Part shown: one piece after another, positions 1 through 10,800 of the stretch | Layout of the letters: every line of letters begins with the position of its first letter | How positions within the stretch are numbered: position 1 is the stretch's first letter | Assembly (NCBI GenBank): GCA_964390495.1 | Contig: CAYMIN010000013.1 | Span: forward strand, 28,081-92,080 | DNA from: an uncultured Armatimonadia bacterium | Lineage (GTDB): Bacteria > Armatimonadota > Zipacnadia > Zipacnadales > UBA11051 | DNA: 64,000 nt | Direction of reading: 5' to 3' | The notes under the pieces: generated by a model | Databases searched by the model: none | What the model saw: the letters and a program-made list of their open reading frames with translations, nothing else | Told to the model about the DNA's origin: nothing | Position numbers and translations under genes: made by a program

Positions 1-866
1 GGGAGTTGCGCCAATTGGAGCAGAAGGCTGAAGACCTGGCCGGGGAGATCTGCTCGGACTTGAGCGCCTGGGACAAGGTGACGCTGGCCAGGCACGAGCG
101 GCGCCCCCATTCCTCCGACTACCTCAGAGCCGTCTTTGACGACTTCCTGGAGCTCCATGGCGACCGCCGCTTCGGTGACGACAGGGCGGTCACCACCGGC
201 CTGGGGTTCCTGGAGGGCCGCCCGGTGGCGATCATCGCCCAGGAGAAGGGCCGCACCGCCGCCGAGCGCCGCGAGCACAACTTCGGCATGTCCCGGCCGG
301 AAGGCTACCGCAAGACCATGCGGCTGATGCGGCTGGCCGCCCGCGTCAAGCGCCCCATCATCGCCCTGATTGACACCCCGGGCGCTGACTGCCTCGAAGC
401 GTCGGAAAGTCGCGGCATATCCGAGGCGATTGCCGCCAATCAGCGCGACATGTTCTCTCTGCCGGTGCCGATAGTCTGCGCCATAATCGGCGAAGGCGGC
501 AGTGGGGGCGCGATTGGGATCGGCGTCGGCGACCGGCTCTTGATGATGGAGCATGCCTACTATTCGGTGATTACTCCTGAGGCCTGTGCCGCGATCTTGT
601 GGCGCGATGCCTCGCTGCGCGAGGCAGCGGCCCAAGCCTTGAAGCTGACCGCCCAGAACGCCAAGCAGATGGGCGTCATTGATGCCATCATCCCGGAGCC
701 CGTCGGCGGTGCCCATCGCAATCCGCAGGCCGCCGCGGCCAATCTCAAGCTCGCCTTGCGGGAAGCCCTGGCCGCGCTTGCAGGCATTGCGCCCGAACAA
801 CTGCTGCAGCAGCGCTATGCCAAGTTCCGCCACATGGGTGCTCCTGAGGGCCTGGCGGAGAGCTGA
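1..866 (+). CDS. accA: acetyl-CoA carboxylase carboxyltransferase alpha subunit, 5'-truncated at window edge
   Basis: ORF 6..866 aligns to AccA from about residue 40 onward (ARHERRP...FLEGRPVAIIAQEKGR...GEGGSGGAIGIGVGD). The N-terminus lies upstream of the window. Confidence 0.9.
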   Translation, partial: ELRQLEQKAEDLAGEICSDLSAWDKVTLARHERRPHSSDYLRAVFDDFLELHGDRRFGDDRAVTTGLGFLEGRPVAIIAQEKGRTAAERREHNFGMSRPEGYRKTMRLMRLAARVKRPIIALIDTPGADCLEASESRGISEAIAANQRDMFSLPVPIVCAIIGEGGSGGAIGIGVGDRLLMMEHAYYSVITPEACAAILWRDASLREAAAQALKLTAQNAKQMGVIDAIIPEPVGGAHRNPQAAAANLKLALREALAALAGIAPEQLLQQRYAKFRHMGAPEGLAES

Positions 867-931
867 TACGGCGCCCCGCGGCAAAACCAAAGGACTGCAA
901 CTGACGCCGTCGCAGTCCTGAGTATTGATAC

Positions 932-1020
932 TGGTGCCGGAGGTCGGATTCGAACCGACACGGGGTTTGACCCCCGCTGGATTTTGAGTCCAGTGCGTCT
1001 GCCAATTCCGCCACTCCGGC
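932..1020 (-). tRNA. tRNA-Leu(CAA), type II with long variable arm
   Basis: The reverse complement folds as a tRNA. Acceptor GCCGGAG/CUCCGGC. Anticodon stem CUGGA/UCCAG with loop CUCAAAA, giving anticodon CAA. Variable arm CGGGGGUCAAACCCCG. T-arm GUCGG-UUCGAAU-CCGAC. Discriminator A and an encoded CCA. Confidence 0.9.
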
Positions 1021-1112
1021 AGTTGTGCCCGCGGCCCATCGGGGCACGCTACCAGTATATGGAGCCGAGCGGTGGATTGTCAAGCGCGCCACCGATCCGC
1101 CCAGTCGGTACT

Positions 1113-1141
1113 TGGCAGTATGGACATTGTCCGTTTTATTG
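1113..1141 (+). promoter_or_regulatory. candidate sigma70-like promoter upstream of sppA
   Basis: TTGGCA, a 17-nt spacer, then TTTATT about 35 nt upstream of the sppA start. An AAGGTG RBS sits 8 nt before the ATG at 1175. Hexamer matches are weak. Confidence 0.25.
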
Positions 1142-1174
1142 GGTTGACACACTCGGCAAAGGTGAAAAGCGATC

Positions 1175-2308
1175 ATGGGAACTGATAATACTACGCCACA
1201 ACCCGATCGGCCGGCAGCTCCGGACCGGGGCGCGCAGACCCCCCAGCCGCCTCAATCTCCAGCATCGTCCACCTCGCATTATGGTAGCGGCCAGCCGCCG
1301 CATGGCCCTCAGCCGCCCTCAGGAGGCGGTCGTGGCGTCATAACTGTGATAATCATCGTCCTGATCCTGGTGGGCCTGGGCCTGGCTAGCATTATCGGCC
1401 TGGCGCTGTTGGTCAGTTCGATCACGGATACCAAGTCCTCGGGCCTGGCGCTGGGTGACAAAGTCGGTGTGGTGATGGTGGAGGGCGTGATTATGTCCGG
1501 TGGCCGCGCCTCCCCGATATTCGGCGGGCCGGCGGGGTCCCGCGCGATCATGGCCGACATCCGCGCCGCCAAGCGCGAAAGCGACATCAAGGCCGTGGTG
1601 CTATATGTCAACAGCCCGGGCGGCTCCGCGGCCGCTTCACAGGCCATCTATAAAGAAGTCGCCGCCCTCGCCGAGAAGAAGCCGGTTATCGCCGCGATGG
1701 ACGATGTCGCGGCCTCGGGCGGCTACTATGTCGCCTGCGCCGCTGACAAGATCATGGCTAACGGCTCCACCATGACCGGCAGCATCGGTGTCATCATGTC
1801 CGGAATTGCCTACTACGGCTTGATGGACAATATTGGTGTGGACGACCACACCATCACCAGCGGCAAGTACAAGGACATCGGCTCGCCCTGGCGTCCAATG
1901 GAGCCGGATGAGAAAAGGCTGCTCCAGGGACTGGTGCAGGATGTTTATGACCAGTTTGTGGACGCGGTGGCTGAGGGCCGCGACATACCCCGGGAGAAGG
2001 CGCTCAAGCTTGCTGACGGCAGGATTTTCACCGGTCGCCAGGCCCTCGCCCTCGGCCTGGTGGACAAGCTGGGCTCCTATTATGATGCCGTCGAGTTAGC
2101 CGCCAAGGAAGCCGGCATCAAGGGCGAGCCGAAGGTCAAGACGTTCGGTGCCTCCAAGAGCATCTGGGGCGAGCTGTTCGGCACCGAAGAGCTTTTTCCC
2201 TTGCCTTCCCGGCGTAGTTTGCTGAATCTGACCGGACCGATGCTGATCGAGCCTTTCACTTACAATAATCTGGCCCTGCAAGCCCTCCCGTTGCGGCCCG
2301 TGCCCTAA
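1175..2308 (+). CDS. sppA: signal peptide peptidase SppA (36K type, S49 family) with Pro-rich N-terminal extension and one TM helix
   Basis: S49 motifs NSPGGSAAAS, AASGGYYVACAADKI and GSIGV. The N-terminus has the hydrophobic stretch VITVIIIVLILVGLGLASIIGLALLV. Confidence 0.85.
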   Translation: MGTDNTTPQPDRPAAPDRGAQTPQPPQSPASSTSHYGSGQPPHGPQPPSGGGRGVITVIIIVLILVGLGLASIIGLALLVSSITDTKSSGLALGDKVGVVMVEGVIMSGGRASPIFGGPAGSRAIMADIRAAKRESDIKAVVLYVNSPGGSAAASQAIYKEVAALAEKKPVIAAMDDVAASGGYYVACAADKIMANGSTMTGSIGVIMSGIAYYGLMDNIGVDDHTITSGKYKDIGSPWRPMEPDEKRLLQGLVQDVYDQFVDAVAEGRDIPREKALKLADGRIFTGRQALALGLVDKLGSYYDAVELAAKEAGIKGEPKVKTFGASKSIWGELFGTEELFPLPSRRSLLNLTGPMLIEPFTYNNLALQALPLRPVP

Positions 2309-2350
2309 GCTCACAAGCCACCCACCAGGTCCCGGCCAGGAGCCTTTGCT

Positions 2351-5014
2351 GTGGCGCACAAGTTGCTCTTAATAGACGCAAATAGCCTCATTCACCGGGC
2401 CTTCCACGCCCTGCCGCACCTGAGCACCGCCGACGGCCAGGCGACCAATGCCGCCTTCGGTCTCGCCCAGATGCTCCTGGCCCTGCTTGAGGAGCAAGCG
2501 CCCGATGAGGCCGTCATGGTCTTCGACGCTCCCGGCCCAACCTTCCGCCATGAGATGTACGACCAGTACAAGGCGAACCGTCCCGAGATGGACCAGGAGC
2601 TGGCCTCCCAGTTTCCCATCATCCGCCGCCTGGTACAGGCGATGGGCCTGGTAATGCTAGAGCAGGCCGGCTATGAGGCTGATGACCTTATTGGGGCCCT
2701 GGCCGCTCGCGCGCATAACGAAGGTTACGAAACCGTCATAGTCAGCGGCGACCGCGATCTGCTGCAACTGCTTGACGAAGGTGTCCAGGTCCTGATTACC
2801 ACGCGCGGCACCAAACAGGTGACCGCTTACGATGTGGACAAGTTCACCGAGCAATACGGCATAACACCGGCCCAACTGGTTGACCTCAAGGCCCTTGCCG
2901 GCGACACTTCCGACAACATCCCCGGCATTACCGGTATTGGCGACAAGACGGCCTCCGGTCTGCTGGCCGAATACGGCACCGTCGAGGCAGTGCTTGAGCA
3001 CACCGCCGACCTCCCCGAGGCTGTCCGCTCCAAGCTGGCCGGCAACGAACAGGAGGCCTTGTTGTGGAAGCGTCTGGCCTCCATCCAGTGTGACGTGCCG
3101 CTGGAGCAGCAGGCCGACGATTTGGCCTGGCGCGGCCTCGACGGCGAGGCCCTGCGCAAGCTCTTGGCCGAGCTGGAGTTCACCAGCCTGCTGAAGCGCT
3201 TGCCCGCTTCCCAGGCCTCGACCACCGAGGGCACTGTAGCCGCCGCCGATGCTGACAGTCTCGCCGGGATATGCGACCGCGCCGAGCAGGCCGGCGCCCT
3301 TTTTGTTGTGCCGACTGCGCATGGTGATGCCGAGGCCCTGGCGCTTGCTGCCGGCCCGGACCTCGCTGTCAGTCTCCTGCTTCCGTCGGCCTCCGCCGCA
3401 GATACCCAGCAGGCCGGCCTTTTCGCCGACGCAGACCAGGATAGCCCTCTGCCCGAGGCCTTGGTCCAAGTCCTGGGCGATCCGCAGCTAGCCATCAGCG
3501 GCTGCCGGCTTAAGGACCTGGACAATTCACTGCGCCGCCGCGAGGTTGGCGTCCGTAATCTGGCTTTCGACGCCGAGATCGCCTCTTACCTGCTGGCACC
3601 GCAGCGTTCCGACCACGGCATCGGCGTGTGGGCGGCCCAGTATCTCGGCTGGGACCTGCCCGAAACCGACGCCGCCGACGCCTACGGTATGCCCGCCTGG
3701 CAAGCCCGCGGCTGCATCGAGGCTCTGGCTACGGCGCAGTTGCAGGCCCGGCTGCAGCGCGACCTCAAGCAGCAGGGGATGCTGGAGCTGTTCACCGATG
3801 TCGAGATGCCGCTGGTATCGCTCTTGGCCAAGATGGAGCGGGCCGGTATCGGCGTGGACCGCGAGCGCCTGCAGGAGGCCGGTCGCGAGCTTTCCCGAAT
3901 GATGCAGGAGCTGTCCGCGCGCATCTTCGAGCTTGCCGGCGAGGAGTTCAACCTCGACTCCCCCAAGCAAGTCGGCGAGGTCCTATTCGAGCGCCTTGAG
4001 CTGCCCAAGGGCCGCAAAACCAAAACCGGCTGGTCAACCGCAGCTAGCGTCCTTGAGGACCTTGCCCACGAGCACGAAATCGTGGCATTGATCTTGGAGT
4101 ACCGCGAGTATGCCAAGCTGCGCAGTACCTATGTTGACGGCCTGGAGCGCCAGATTGACCCCGCCACCGGCCTGATTCACACCAGCTTCGAACAGACCGT
4201 CACCGCCACCGGCCGGCTCTCCAGCCGCAGCCCTAATCTCCAGAACATCCCCATCCGCACCGAGTGGGGCCGGCAGATCCGCAGTTGCTTCTGCAGCGGT
4301 GTCGCCGGCTACAGTTTCATCTGTGCCGACTATTCCCAGATCGAGTTGCGCATCTTGGCTCACCTCTCCCAGGACCCGACGCTCCTGGAGGCCTTCGCCA
4401 ACCACGAAGATATCCATACCTACACCGCCACTTTGATCTTCGACTGTGGCCGCGACGAGGTGGACTACCGGATGCGCAGTGCGGCCAAGACCGTCAACTA
4501 CGCCGTCTTGTACGGCATGGGTCCCAGGGCTCTGGCTGACGCGCTGGATATGAGTCTTCAGGAGGCCAGGGAGTTTATCGAGAGCTACCATCAACGCCTC
4601 CCGAAGGTCCAGGAGCTCTTGAGCGCCACGCTGGAGCAAGCCCGGCAGACCGGCTATGTGAGCACCATCATGGGGCGCCGCCGACCGGTTCCCGATCTCG
4701 ATGCAGCCAATGCCCGGGCCCGCAGCTATGCCGAACGCGCCGCAACCAATACCCCGATGCAGGGCAGCGCGGCCGATCTAGTCAAACTCGCTATGCTCAA
4801 GCTTGATGCCGCCTTGCAGGCCGATTTCCCCGAGGCCGAGATGCTCCTGCAGGTCCATGACGAGATCGTCTTGCGGGCGCCTGCTGAAAGCGTTCCCGAT
4901 CTGGCCGGCCTCGTCAAGGAGGTGATGGAGAGCGCCTACCCCCTCAGCGTACCGTTGACCGTGGATGTCTCCGTAGGTGACAACTGGCGTGACGTGCAAC
5001 CTTTGCAGGAGTGA
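2351..5014 (+). CDS. polA: DNA polymerase I
   Basis: 887-aa ORF with a GTG start. N-terminal 5'-3' exonuclease/FEN domain (LLLIDANSLIHRAFHAL, GDRDLLQL). C-terminal family A polymerase motifs (DYSQIELRILAHLS, RSAAKTVNYAVLYG, QVHDEIVL). Confidence 0.92.
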   Translation: MAHKLLLIDANSLIHRAFHALPHLSTADGQATNAAFGLAQMLLALLEEQAPDEAVMVFDAPGPTFRHEMYDQYKANRPEMDQELASQFPIIRRLVQAMGLVMLEQAGYEADDLIGALAARAHNEGYETVIVSGDRDLLQLLDEGVQVLITTRGTKQVTAYDVDKFTEQYGITPAQLVDLKALAGDTSDNIPGITGIGDKTASGLLAEYGTVEAVLEHTADLPEAVRSKLAGNEQEALLWKRLASIQCDVPLEQQADDLAWRGLDGEALRKLLAELEFTSLLKRLPASQASTTEGTVAAADADSLAGICDRAEQAGALFVVPTAHGDAEALALAAGPDLAVSLLLPSASAADTQQAGLFADADQDSPLPEALVQVLGDPQLAISGCRLKDLDNSLRRREVGVRNLAFDAEIASYLLAPQRSDHGIGVWAAQYLGWDLPETDAADAYGMPAWQARGCIEALATAQLQARLQRDLKQQGMLELFTDVEMPLVSLLAKMERAGIGVDRERLQEAGRELSRMMQELSARIFELAGEEFNLDSPKQVGEVLFERLELPKGRKTKTGWSTAASVLEDLAHEHEIVALILEYREYAKLRSTYVDGLERQIDPATGLIHTSFEQTVTATGRLSSRSPNLQNIPIRTEWGRQIRSCFCSGVAGYSFICADYSQIELRILAHLSQDPTLLEAFANHEDIHTYTATLIFDCGRDEVDYRMRSAAKTVNYAVLYGMGPRALADALDMSLQEAREFIESYHQRLPKVQELLSATLEQARQTGYVSTIMGRRRPVPDLDAANARARSYAERAATNTPMQGSAADLVKLAMLKLDAALQADFPEAEMLLQVHDEIVLRAPAESVPDLAGLVKEVMESAYPLSVPLTVDVSVGDNWRDVQPLQE

Positions 5015-5202
5015 CTGCGGACTCTGCTCAACTTGTGATGTGTGACCTTTTGTTTTCACCTTCCACATGCGTCGGGCTTTGCGCCGCCCTAGCTGACAGT
5101 TAATATAGCGAAGGCGGTTGTGCCCCGACCGAACACTGGACATCGCCTAGCTCAACTTGGCATGGTCGTCCCTCAGAGACGGCCGAAGGGAGATTCTTTC
5201 AC

Positions 5203-6846
5203 ATGACTTGGGACTTTGATAATACCGACAAGGCAAAGAAGCCGCAGCAAGTAGCTGAATCGTCGTCTGAAGAAGCCTCCGAAACAACCGGCGACGCTCT
5301 GGAAGCCGCCCTCGACCAGGCCTTGCCCGTTCACGTCGAGAAGGGCGATATCGTCACAGGCGTCGTCGCCGCGGTTGATGACCAGTTCGTCAGCGTTGAC
5401 ATCGGCACCAAGTACGAGGGCCTGATTCCCGCCTCCGAGTTTGCCGGTCCTGATGAGATGCCGGCCTTGGACGACAAGATTGAAGTTGCTGTTGTCAAAG
5501 TTGATGATAAAGAGAGCGTGGTCAGGCTGTCCAAGCGCAGGGCCGACTACGAGCGCGTCTGGAACCGCCTCACCGAGGCTGCCGAAAGTGGCGAAATCGT
5601 CGAGGGCATCGTCACCGAGCGCGTCAAGGGCGGATTGCGCGTGGACGTGGGCATGCCGGGTTTTGTGCCTGGCAAGCATGTAGCCACCCGCAACCTCCGT
5701 AACCTCGAGCGTTTTGTCGGCCAGTCGCTGCGCCTGCGCGTGCTCGAAGCCAACCGCGAGTCCAAGAAGCTGATCCTCTCCCACCGCGTGGCGGTCGAAG
5801 AAGAACGCGAACGCCGTCGCCAGGAGACCCTCGATCAGCTCGAAGAAGGCGTGGTCTGCGAAGGCAAAGTGCGCAGCCTCACCAGTTACGGCGCTTTTGT
5901 TGACCTCGGCGGCGTTGACGGGCTGCTCCACATCTCCGAAATGGCCTGGACACGTGTCAAGCACCCCTCCGAAGTGCTCAAGGTGGGGGATACGGTTCGC
6001 GTTGCCGTCCTGGACATTGACCGCGAGAACGACCGTATCTCACTTTCCAGGCGACAGATTCTGCCCGATCCCTGGAAGGCAGCTGCGCCCAATATCCGCG
6101 TCGGCAGTGTTCTCAAGGCGCGCGTCACCCGCGTGGTGCGCACCGGCGCCTTCGCGCAGTTGCTGGACCACGAAATCGAGGGCTTCATCCCCATATCCGA
6201 AATGAGCGCCAAACGCATCTCTGAGCCCTCCGACGCAGTCAGCGCCGGCCAGGAGGTTGATCTCAAGGTCATGGACATGCGCATCAAGGCCCGGCGGATG
6301 ACCTTGAGCCTCGTCGCCGCCGACCAGGAGAAGGAGCGCCGCGAGTACCAGCAATACATGGCCAACCAGGAACAGGCTAAGGTCACTCTCGGAGATCAGT
6401 TCGGTGACGTTCTGCAGCAGGCCGCCGTCGCCGCTGAAACCGAACCCGCGGCAGAACCACCATCCCAGCAAGAGCCCGAGCCGGAACCAGTCGCGGAGAC
6501 AGTGGAGCAACCGGCTGATCAAGAAACCACAGAAGAGCCCGACGCACCAGCGGAGCCAGAAGCGCCTGAAGAGCCAGCCGAGGAGCCCGAAAAGCCAGCC
6601 GAAGAACAGCCCGAAGAGGAGCCCGAAGAGGCAGCCGAAGAACAGCCCGAAGAACAGGCCGAAGAAGCAGCCGAAGAGCAGCCTCAAGAGGACCCTGAAG
6701 AAGCAGCCGAAAAGCCCAGAAAGGCCAAGCAAGCCGCCAAGCCGAAGAAAACCGCAGCCACCAAGAAAGCGAAAGAGCCCAAGAAAACCAAAAAGGCCAA
6801 GGCCGCGGCGGACAAATCAGACCAAGCCGAAGAGGCGGATGAGTAG
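5203..6846 (+). CDS. rpsA: 30S ribosomal protein S1 (four S1 domains) with ~150-aa acidic (EEQPEE repeats) then lysine-rich C-terminal tail
   Basis: Four S1 OB-fold repeats (GDIVTGVV..., GEIVEGIVTERVKGGLRVDVG, GVVCEGKVRSLTSYGAFVDLGG, GSVLKARVTRVVRTGAFAQL). A GAAGGGAG RBS lies upstream. The tail is low-complexity, P/E-rich then K-rich. Confidence 0.85.
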   Translation: MTWDFDNTDKAKKPQQVAESSSEEASETTGDALEAALDQALPVHVEKGDIVTGVVAAVDDQFVSVDIGTKYEGLIPASEFAGPDEMPALDDKIEVAVVKVDDKESVVRLSKRRADYERVWNRLTEAAESGEIVEGIVTERVKGGLRVDVGMPGFVPGKHVATRNLRNLERFVGQSLRLRVLEANRESKKLILSHRVAVEEERERRRQETLDQLEEGVVCEGKVRSLTSYGAFVDLGGVDGLLHISEMAWTRVKHPSEVLKVGDTVRVAVLDIDRENDRISLSRRQILPDPWKAAAPNIRVGSVLKARVTRVVRTGAFAQLLDHEIEGFIPISEMSAKRISEPSDAVSAGQEVDLKVMDMRIKARRMTLSLVAADQEKERREYQQYMANQEQAKVTLGDQFGDVLQQAAVAAETEPAAEPPSQQEPEPEPVAETVEQPADQETTEEPDAPAEPEAPEEPAEEPEKPAEEQPEEEPEEAAEEQPEEQAEEAAEEQPQEDPEEAAEKPRKAKQAAKPKKTAATKKAKEPKKTKKAKAAADKSDQAEEADE

Positions 6847-6879
6847 GCCGACTGTTGTAGCGACAGGGACGAAGCCGCC

Positions 6880-7476
6880 ATGACTGTTCTCGGCATAGTT
6901 GGGCCGATGGGCTCCGGCAAGACCTTCGTGCTGGAGGCGCTGCGGCGGCTCGGAGCCGTGACCATCAAGGCCGATGACCTATCCAGAGAGTTGCTGCAGC
7001 CGGGCGCCGAGCTGACGGCCAAGGTCAGGCAAGCCTTCGGCGACGAGTGCTTCGACAGCCAGGGCCACCTGCTGCGGGGTAAGTTGGCCGAGTTGATCTT
7101 TGCCAGCGAGCCGGCCCGCCAACGCCTCAACGCCATTATGTATCCGGCGATGCGGGGTCTGCTGCGGGAGCGCCTTGGGCAATTCCGCAAGCTAGCTACC
7201 CCGCCGGCGCTGGTGGCGGTGGAGGTCGCCAACCTCTACGAAATGGGCGCCGCCGGCCTGGTTGATTATGTCCTGAGTGTCACTGCTTCCCGGCCCGTGC
7301 GCGAACAGCGCATCCGCAGCCGCGACTATCTGAGTGCCGCCGAAGCCAGACGCCGTCTCGACGTTCATGCCGCCGCCGGCTTGGACGATAACCCGGCCGA
7401 TTTTGAGATCAGCACCGACAAAAATGGAGGCCAACTACAGGCGGAAGTAGAAGCCTTGTACCGACGCCTCACTTAG
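6880..7476 (+). CDS. coaE: dephospho-CoA kinase
   Basis: N-terminal P-loop GIVGPMGSGKT. Its length of about 198 aa and its CoaE-like sequence fit the usual position after S1 and PolA. Confidence 0.85.
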   Translation: MTVLGIVGPMGSGKTFVLEALRRLGAVTIKADDLSRELLQPGAELTAKVRQAFGDECFDSQGHLLRGKLAELIFASEPARQRLNAIMYPAMRGLLRERLGQFRKLATPPALVAVEVANLYEMGAAGLVDYVLSVTASRPVREQRIRSRDYLSAAEARRRLDVHAAAGLDDNPADFEISTDKNGGQLQAEVEALYRRLT

Positions 7477-7673
7477 CCTGCTGCTCAGCGCTTCCGGTGC
7501 CGGACAGCGGCATTCCGCCGAACTGAAATCGCTGGGTTCCTGTCTTAAGATATTGGGTATATACTAAAGCAAGCCGTCGTGGCTTTAGCGCCGGTACATT
7601 CGCGCCTTCCGGGGCTGTCTGACGGATTAGGCGCAGGCCCTCCCAACTTCTAGCTGGCCGCTGCTGTTGCCTC

Positions 7674-7703
7674 TTGGCAAGCCACAATCCGGTGTGATAT
7701 AAT
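7674..7703 (+). promoter_or_regulatory. candidate sigma70 promoter with extended -10 (TTGGCA-18-TGaTATAAT) driving the 7.8-26 kb cluster
   Basis: TTGGCA at 7674-7679 and TG-n-TATAAT at 7695-7703. It is the only strong consensus -10 in the 340-bp gap upstream of the first cargo gene and leaves a leader of about 113 nt. Confidence 0.4.
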
Positions 7704-7816
7704 GTCGAGGCCTTGGCGCTCAGCGAAGCCTGGCGGCGTCGCGGCTAGTGCCGGCCTTGTGCACGCCACGACGCGGTCGCGCCTTTGCTAGGTGACCGGG
7801 GGCGGAGCTATAGTGG

Positions 7817-10800
7817 TTGGCGCTGGCCGGTCAACATAGAGTGCATCATAGCACCTGCCGAGGAGTGATTGTCTTGCAGAAGGGCCACACCAGACCTCTG
7901 GCTTCACTACTGCTCTTCTGTGTGCTGGTCGCAGTCTTACTTATCATATCATCCGTCGCCTCCACGCAGTCCTCACGCCTAGGTGCTGCGGGGCCGCTGT
8001 TGTCCCTCGACCAAATGCAGCGCCAGCCTCTGCTGCCCGGCCAGACTCCCGAGTTCTTCCGCTGCGCTACCTGCCCGGACGGCCAGGTCACTACCCAGCA
8101 GACCCCCGGCCCGGACCCCGATCAGAATATTACCGCCAAGGCCACCGCCTCTCAAGAGTGGGAGCCGAACACCGCCCCGGTAGTTGGTCAGAACCGCATC
8201 GCCTTTGCCAGCAACGGCGAAGACCTCATCAACAACCAAACCGGAATCGAGGGGCCTGACGGCTTCATTGACCCGACCTTGCCCGAGAATCCCGACTTCG
8301 ACCTCTGGCTGATGCGCCCTGATGGCACCCAACAGCAGAAGGTCATTGACCTGCCCGGCGACCAGCGCGATCCGGCTTTCGATCCCGGCGGCCGCCTCCT
8401 CGCCTATGCCTCCAACCACAGCGGCACTTATCAGATCTATACCGTCGAGGTCAGTACAGGTGTCACCCGCAGGATCACCACTCCGGAGGGCGGCGCCGGC
8501 AACAAGCGCCACCCCACCTGGTCAGCCGACAGCAACTGGATCGCCTTCCAATGCGACCGCCGCGGCAATTGGGACATCTTCAAGATTCTCTCCAACGGCG
8601 CTAGCGCCGAAATCCCGCTGGCCTTCAGCTCTAATGACGAGGTCGCGCCGGCCTGGTCGCCGACAACTCCCTATATCGCCTACCAAGTAACCATCAACAA
8701 TGTCAGCCGCATCTTCTCCATGGACACTGAGGGCGGCAACAGGACCCAACTCAGCAACGGCGGCGGCAACCCCAATGCCAACGACATTGACCCCGCCTGG
8801 CAGCCGCTCGGCCAGTCCTTGGTATTCGCTTCCGACCGCCTCGTCCCCGATTCCGGTGACACTACCAATGACTACAATATCTGGACCATGTCAGCCACTG
8901 GCGAGATCATCACCGGCGCCGCCTCGCTGATAAGCTCTGATGATCCCAACGACGTCTATGACGATAAAGACCCCACCTGGACGCCTGATCTGACCCAGCG
9001 CGCCCAGACCCGCTTCGTTTTCGCCTCTAACCGCCCGGTAGATGCCAACGACACCAGTGAACCCGACATCTGGGCCACCTTCGAAGAGGACATCCTGCCG
9101 CCGGAGCTGACCAAGGCTCCCGGCCGCGAAAATGCCTTACCGTGGGTTGACATTCGCAATCCAGCCCCCGGGGCCGACATCACCATCTCTGTGAGCGTCT
9201 ATGACCGCGACTCCGGTGTCGCCTCGGTCGTCGCCCTGCTCAAAGATCCCGAGATGAAGCTCTATGACTGGTCGCTTGCTATATTCGAGCCTACCAATAA
9301 CCTCGGCTGGCAAGCACTCGAGCGTGACTGCGTAATAGTTGATGGCAAGGAGCTTCTCGATGACGGGGTGCCTCCGGACCAGACGGCGGGCGATGGCATC
9401 TTCACCGGCACTTACACCACGCTGCCCACCCCGCGCGATTACATCATAGACATCGCCACAGTAGATGTCGTCGGCAACGGGATGACCTATGATGACATCT
9501 ATGGTTTCAGCACAGTTACCTTCAATCCCAATGACCGTGTCCTGTTTGTTGATGACTACTGTGAGGGCCAGGCCTTCATCTACCTGACTGGTATCAATAA
9601 CGACTGGCCGGCGCAGTTCCCGGTGGAGAGTTACTACCGCTGCAACCCCGGCTATTACCCGGGTCTTGAGCGCACGATTGACTTTGACAGCATCATCGCC
9701 TGGGCGGTTGATTACGACACTTCGGGATTTGGCGATGGACCAGCCGAAGAGCATTGCACGAGCGTGGACATCGAGGGCCATTACGATGTCTGGCGCATCC
9801 TTTGTCGCGGCCCCATCCCGGACACCATTCTCCGCAACTATCTCCCGACCGTGGAGTACCAGTTGGTGCCCGAAGACGCGCTGGCCGACCCGACCTGGGC
9901 GCTGCCCACCCGCGAAGTGCTGGTGGCCAACCGCGCCGTCATCTGGGCCGCCCCGCATACCGGTGATGTCTGGATAGCTGACGGCACCATCATGGATGCC
10001 GCGGTGCAAGGCCAGCTCAAGAACTTCCTGAACCAGGGCGGACGCCTCTTTATCTCCGGCGAAGACCTCGCCTGGGCCCTGACGATGGCTGGACGCACGA
10101 GCAACGACTTCCTCAGCAGATACCTGCGCGCCCAGTACCTAAGTGACGTCGCCGGCGGCGACGGCTTCACCGTTGAGGGCAACAACGACCCCTACAGCCC
10201 GGTATCGTGGGATGCCTGGGTGGGAACCGGCGCAAGCCATCCGGGCGTCGCGCCCAACTGGTGGCCCGACTGCTGCAACCCAGTGGCTCTTCTTACACCT
10301 GTAGCCAGTACAGCAGGCTATAGCGACGCTGCCGACCACCTTGGCCGGGGACGGGGTGGCTCGGTCCGCGCCGACGGCATCGTGCCCAGCGGAGACGTCA
10401 AGCTCTACGGCTACGGCGGCTTTGGCGGCACCGGCGCTGCCACGTGGTATGCCGACCCCGCCACCGGGGCGCACGTTGTCTATCTGGCCTTCGGCTTTGA
10501 AGACATCCATCGCAGCTACCGGCTCAGTGGGACGAGTCCCCCTCCTCATTGCCATAACCACCGCAGCCACCTGTTCCACAATTTCTTGTGCTGGGCCCGC
10601 ACCGCCGCCTTCCAAGGACGAGTAGTCTCCATCAGCGAAGGCGGCCAGCCGGTCACCGACCCTGAGCCGATCGTCGTCATCACCCAGGGCAACAACCGCT
10701 ACGCCGTCCGCTGCCAGAAGGACGGCACCTATGTAATCCAGGGCGTCAAGTCCGGCCAGTATTCCATGCAGGTGATACGCGTCGGCTACGAGATTGACCA

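Noticed and set aside
2351-5014. Possible loss of 3'-5' proofreading exonuclease in PolA (shorter than E. coli Pol I)
   Set aside because: Exo motif assignment (D-A-E near HGDAEAL, NLAFDAEIASYLL) is ambiguous by eye. I cannot claim either presence or absence without an alignment.
5060-5110. GCGTCGGGCTTTGCGCCGCCC upstream of rpsA as another REP copy
   Set aside because: It shares only the left arm of the family hairpin, and the right arm is not complementary. This is probably chance similarity in GC-rich DNA.
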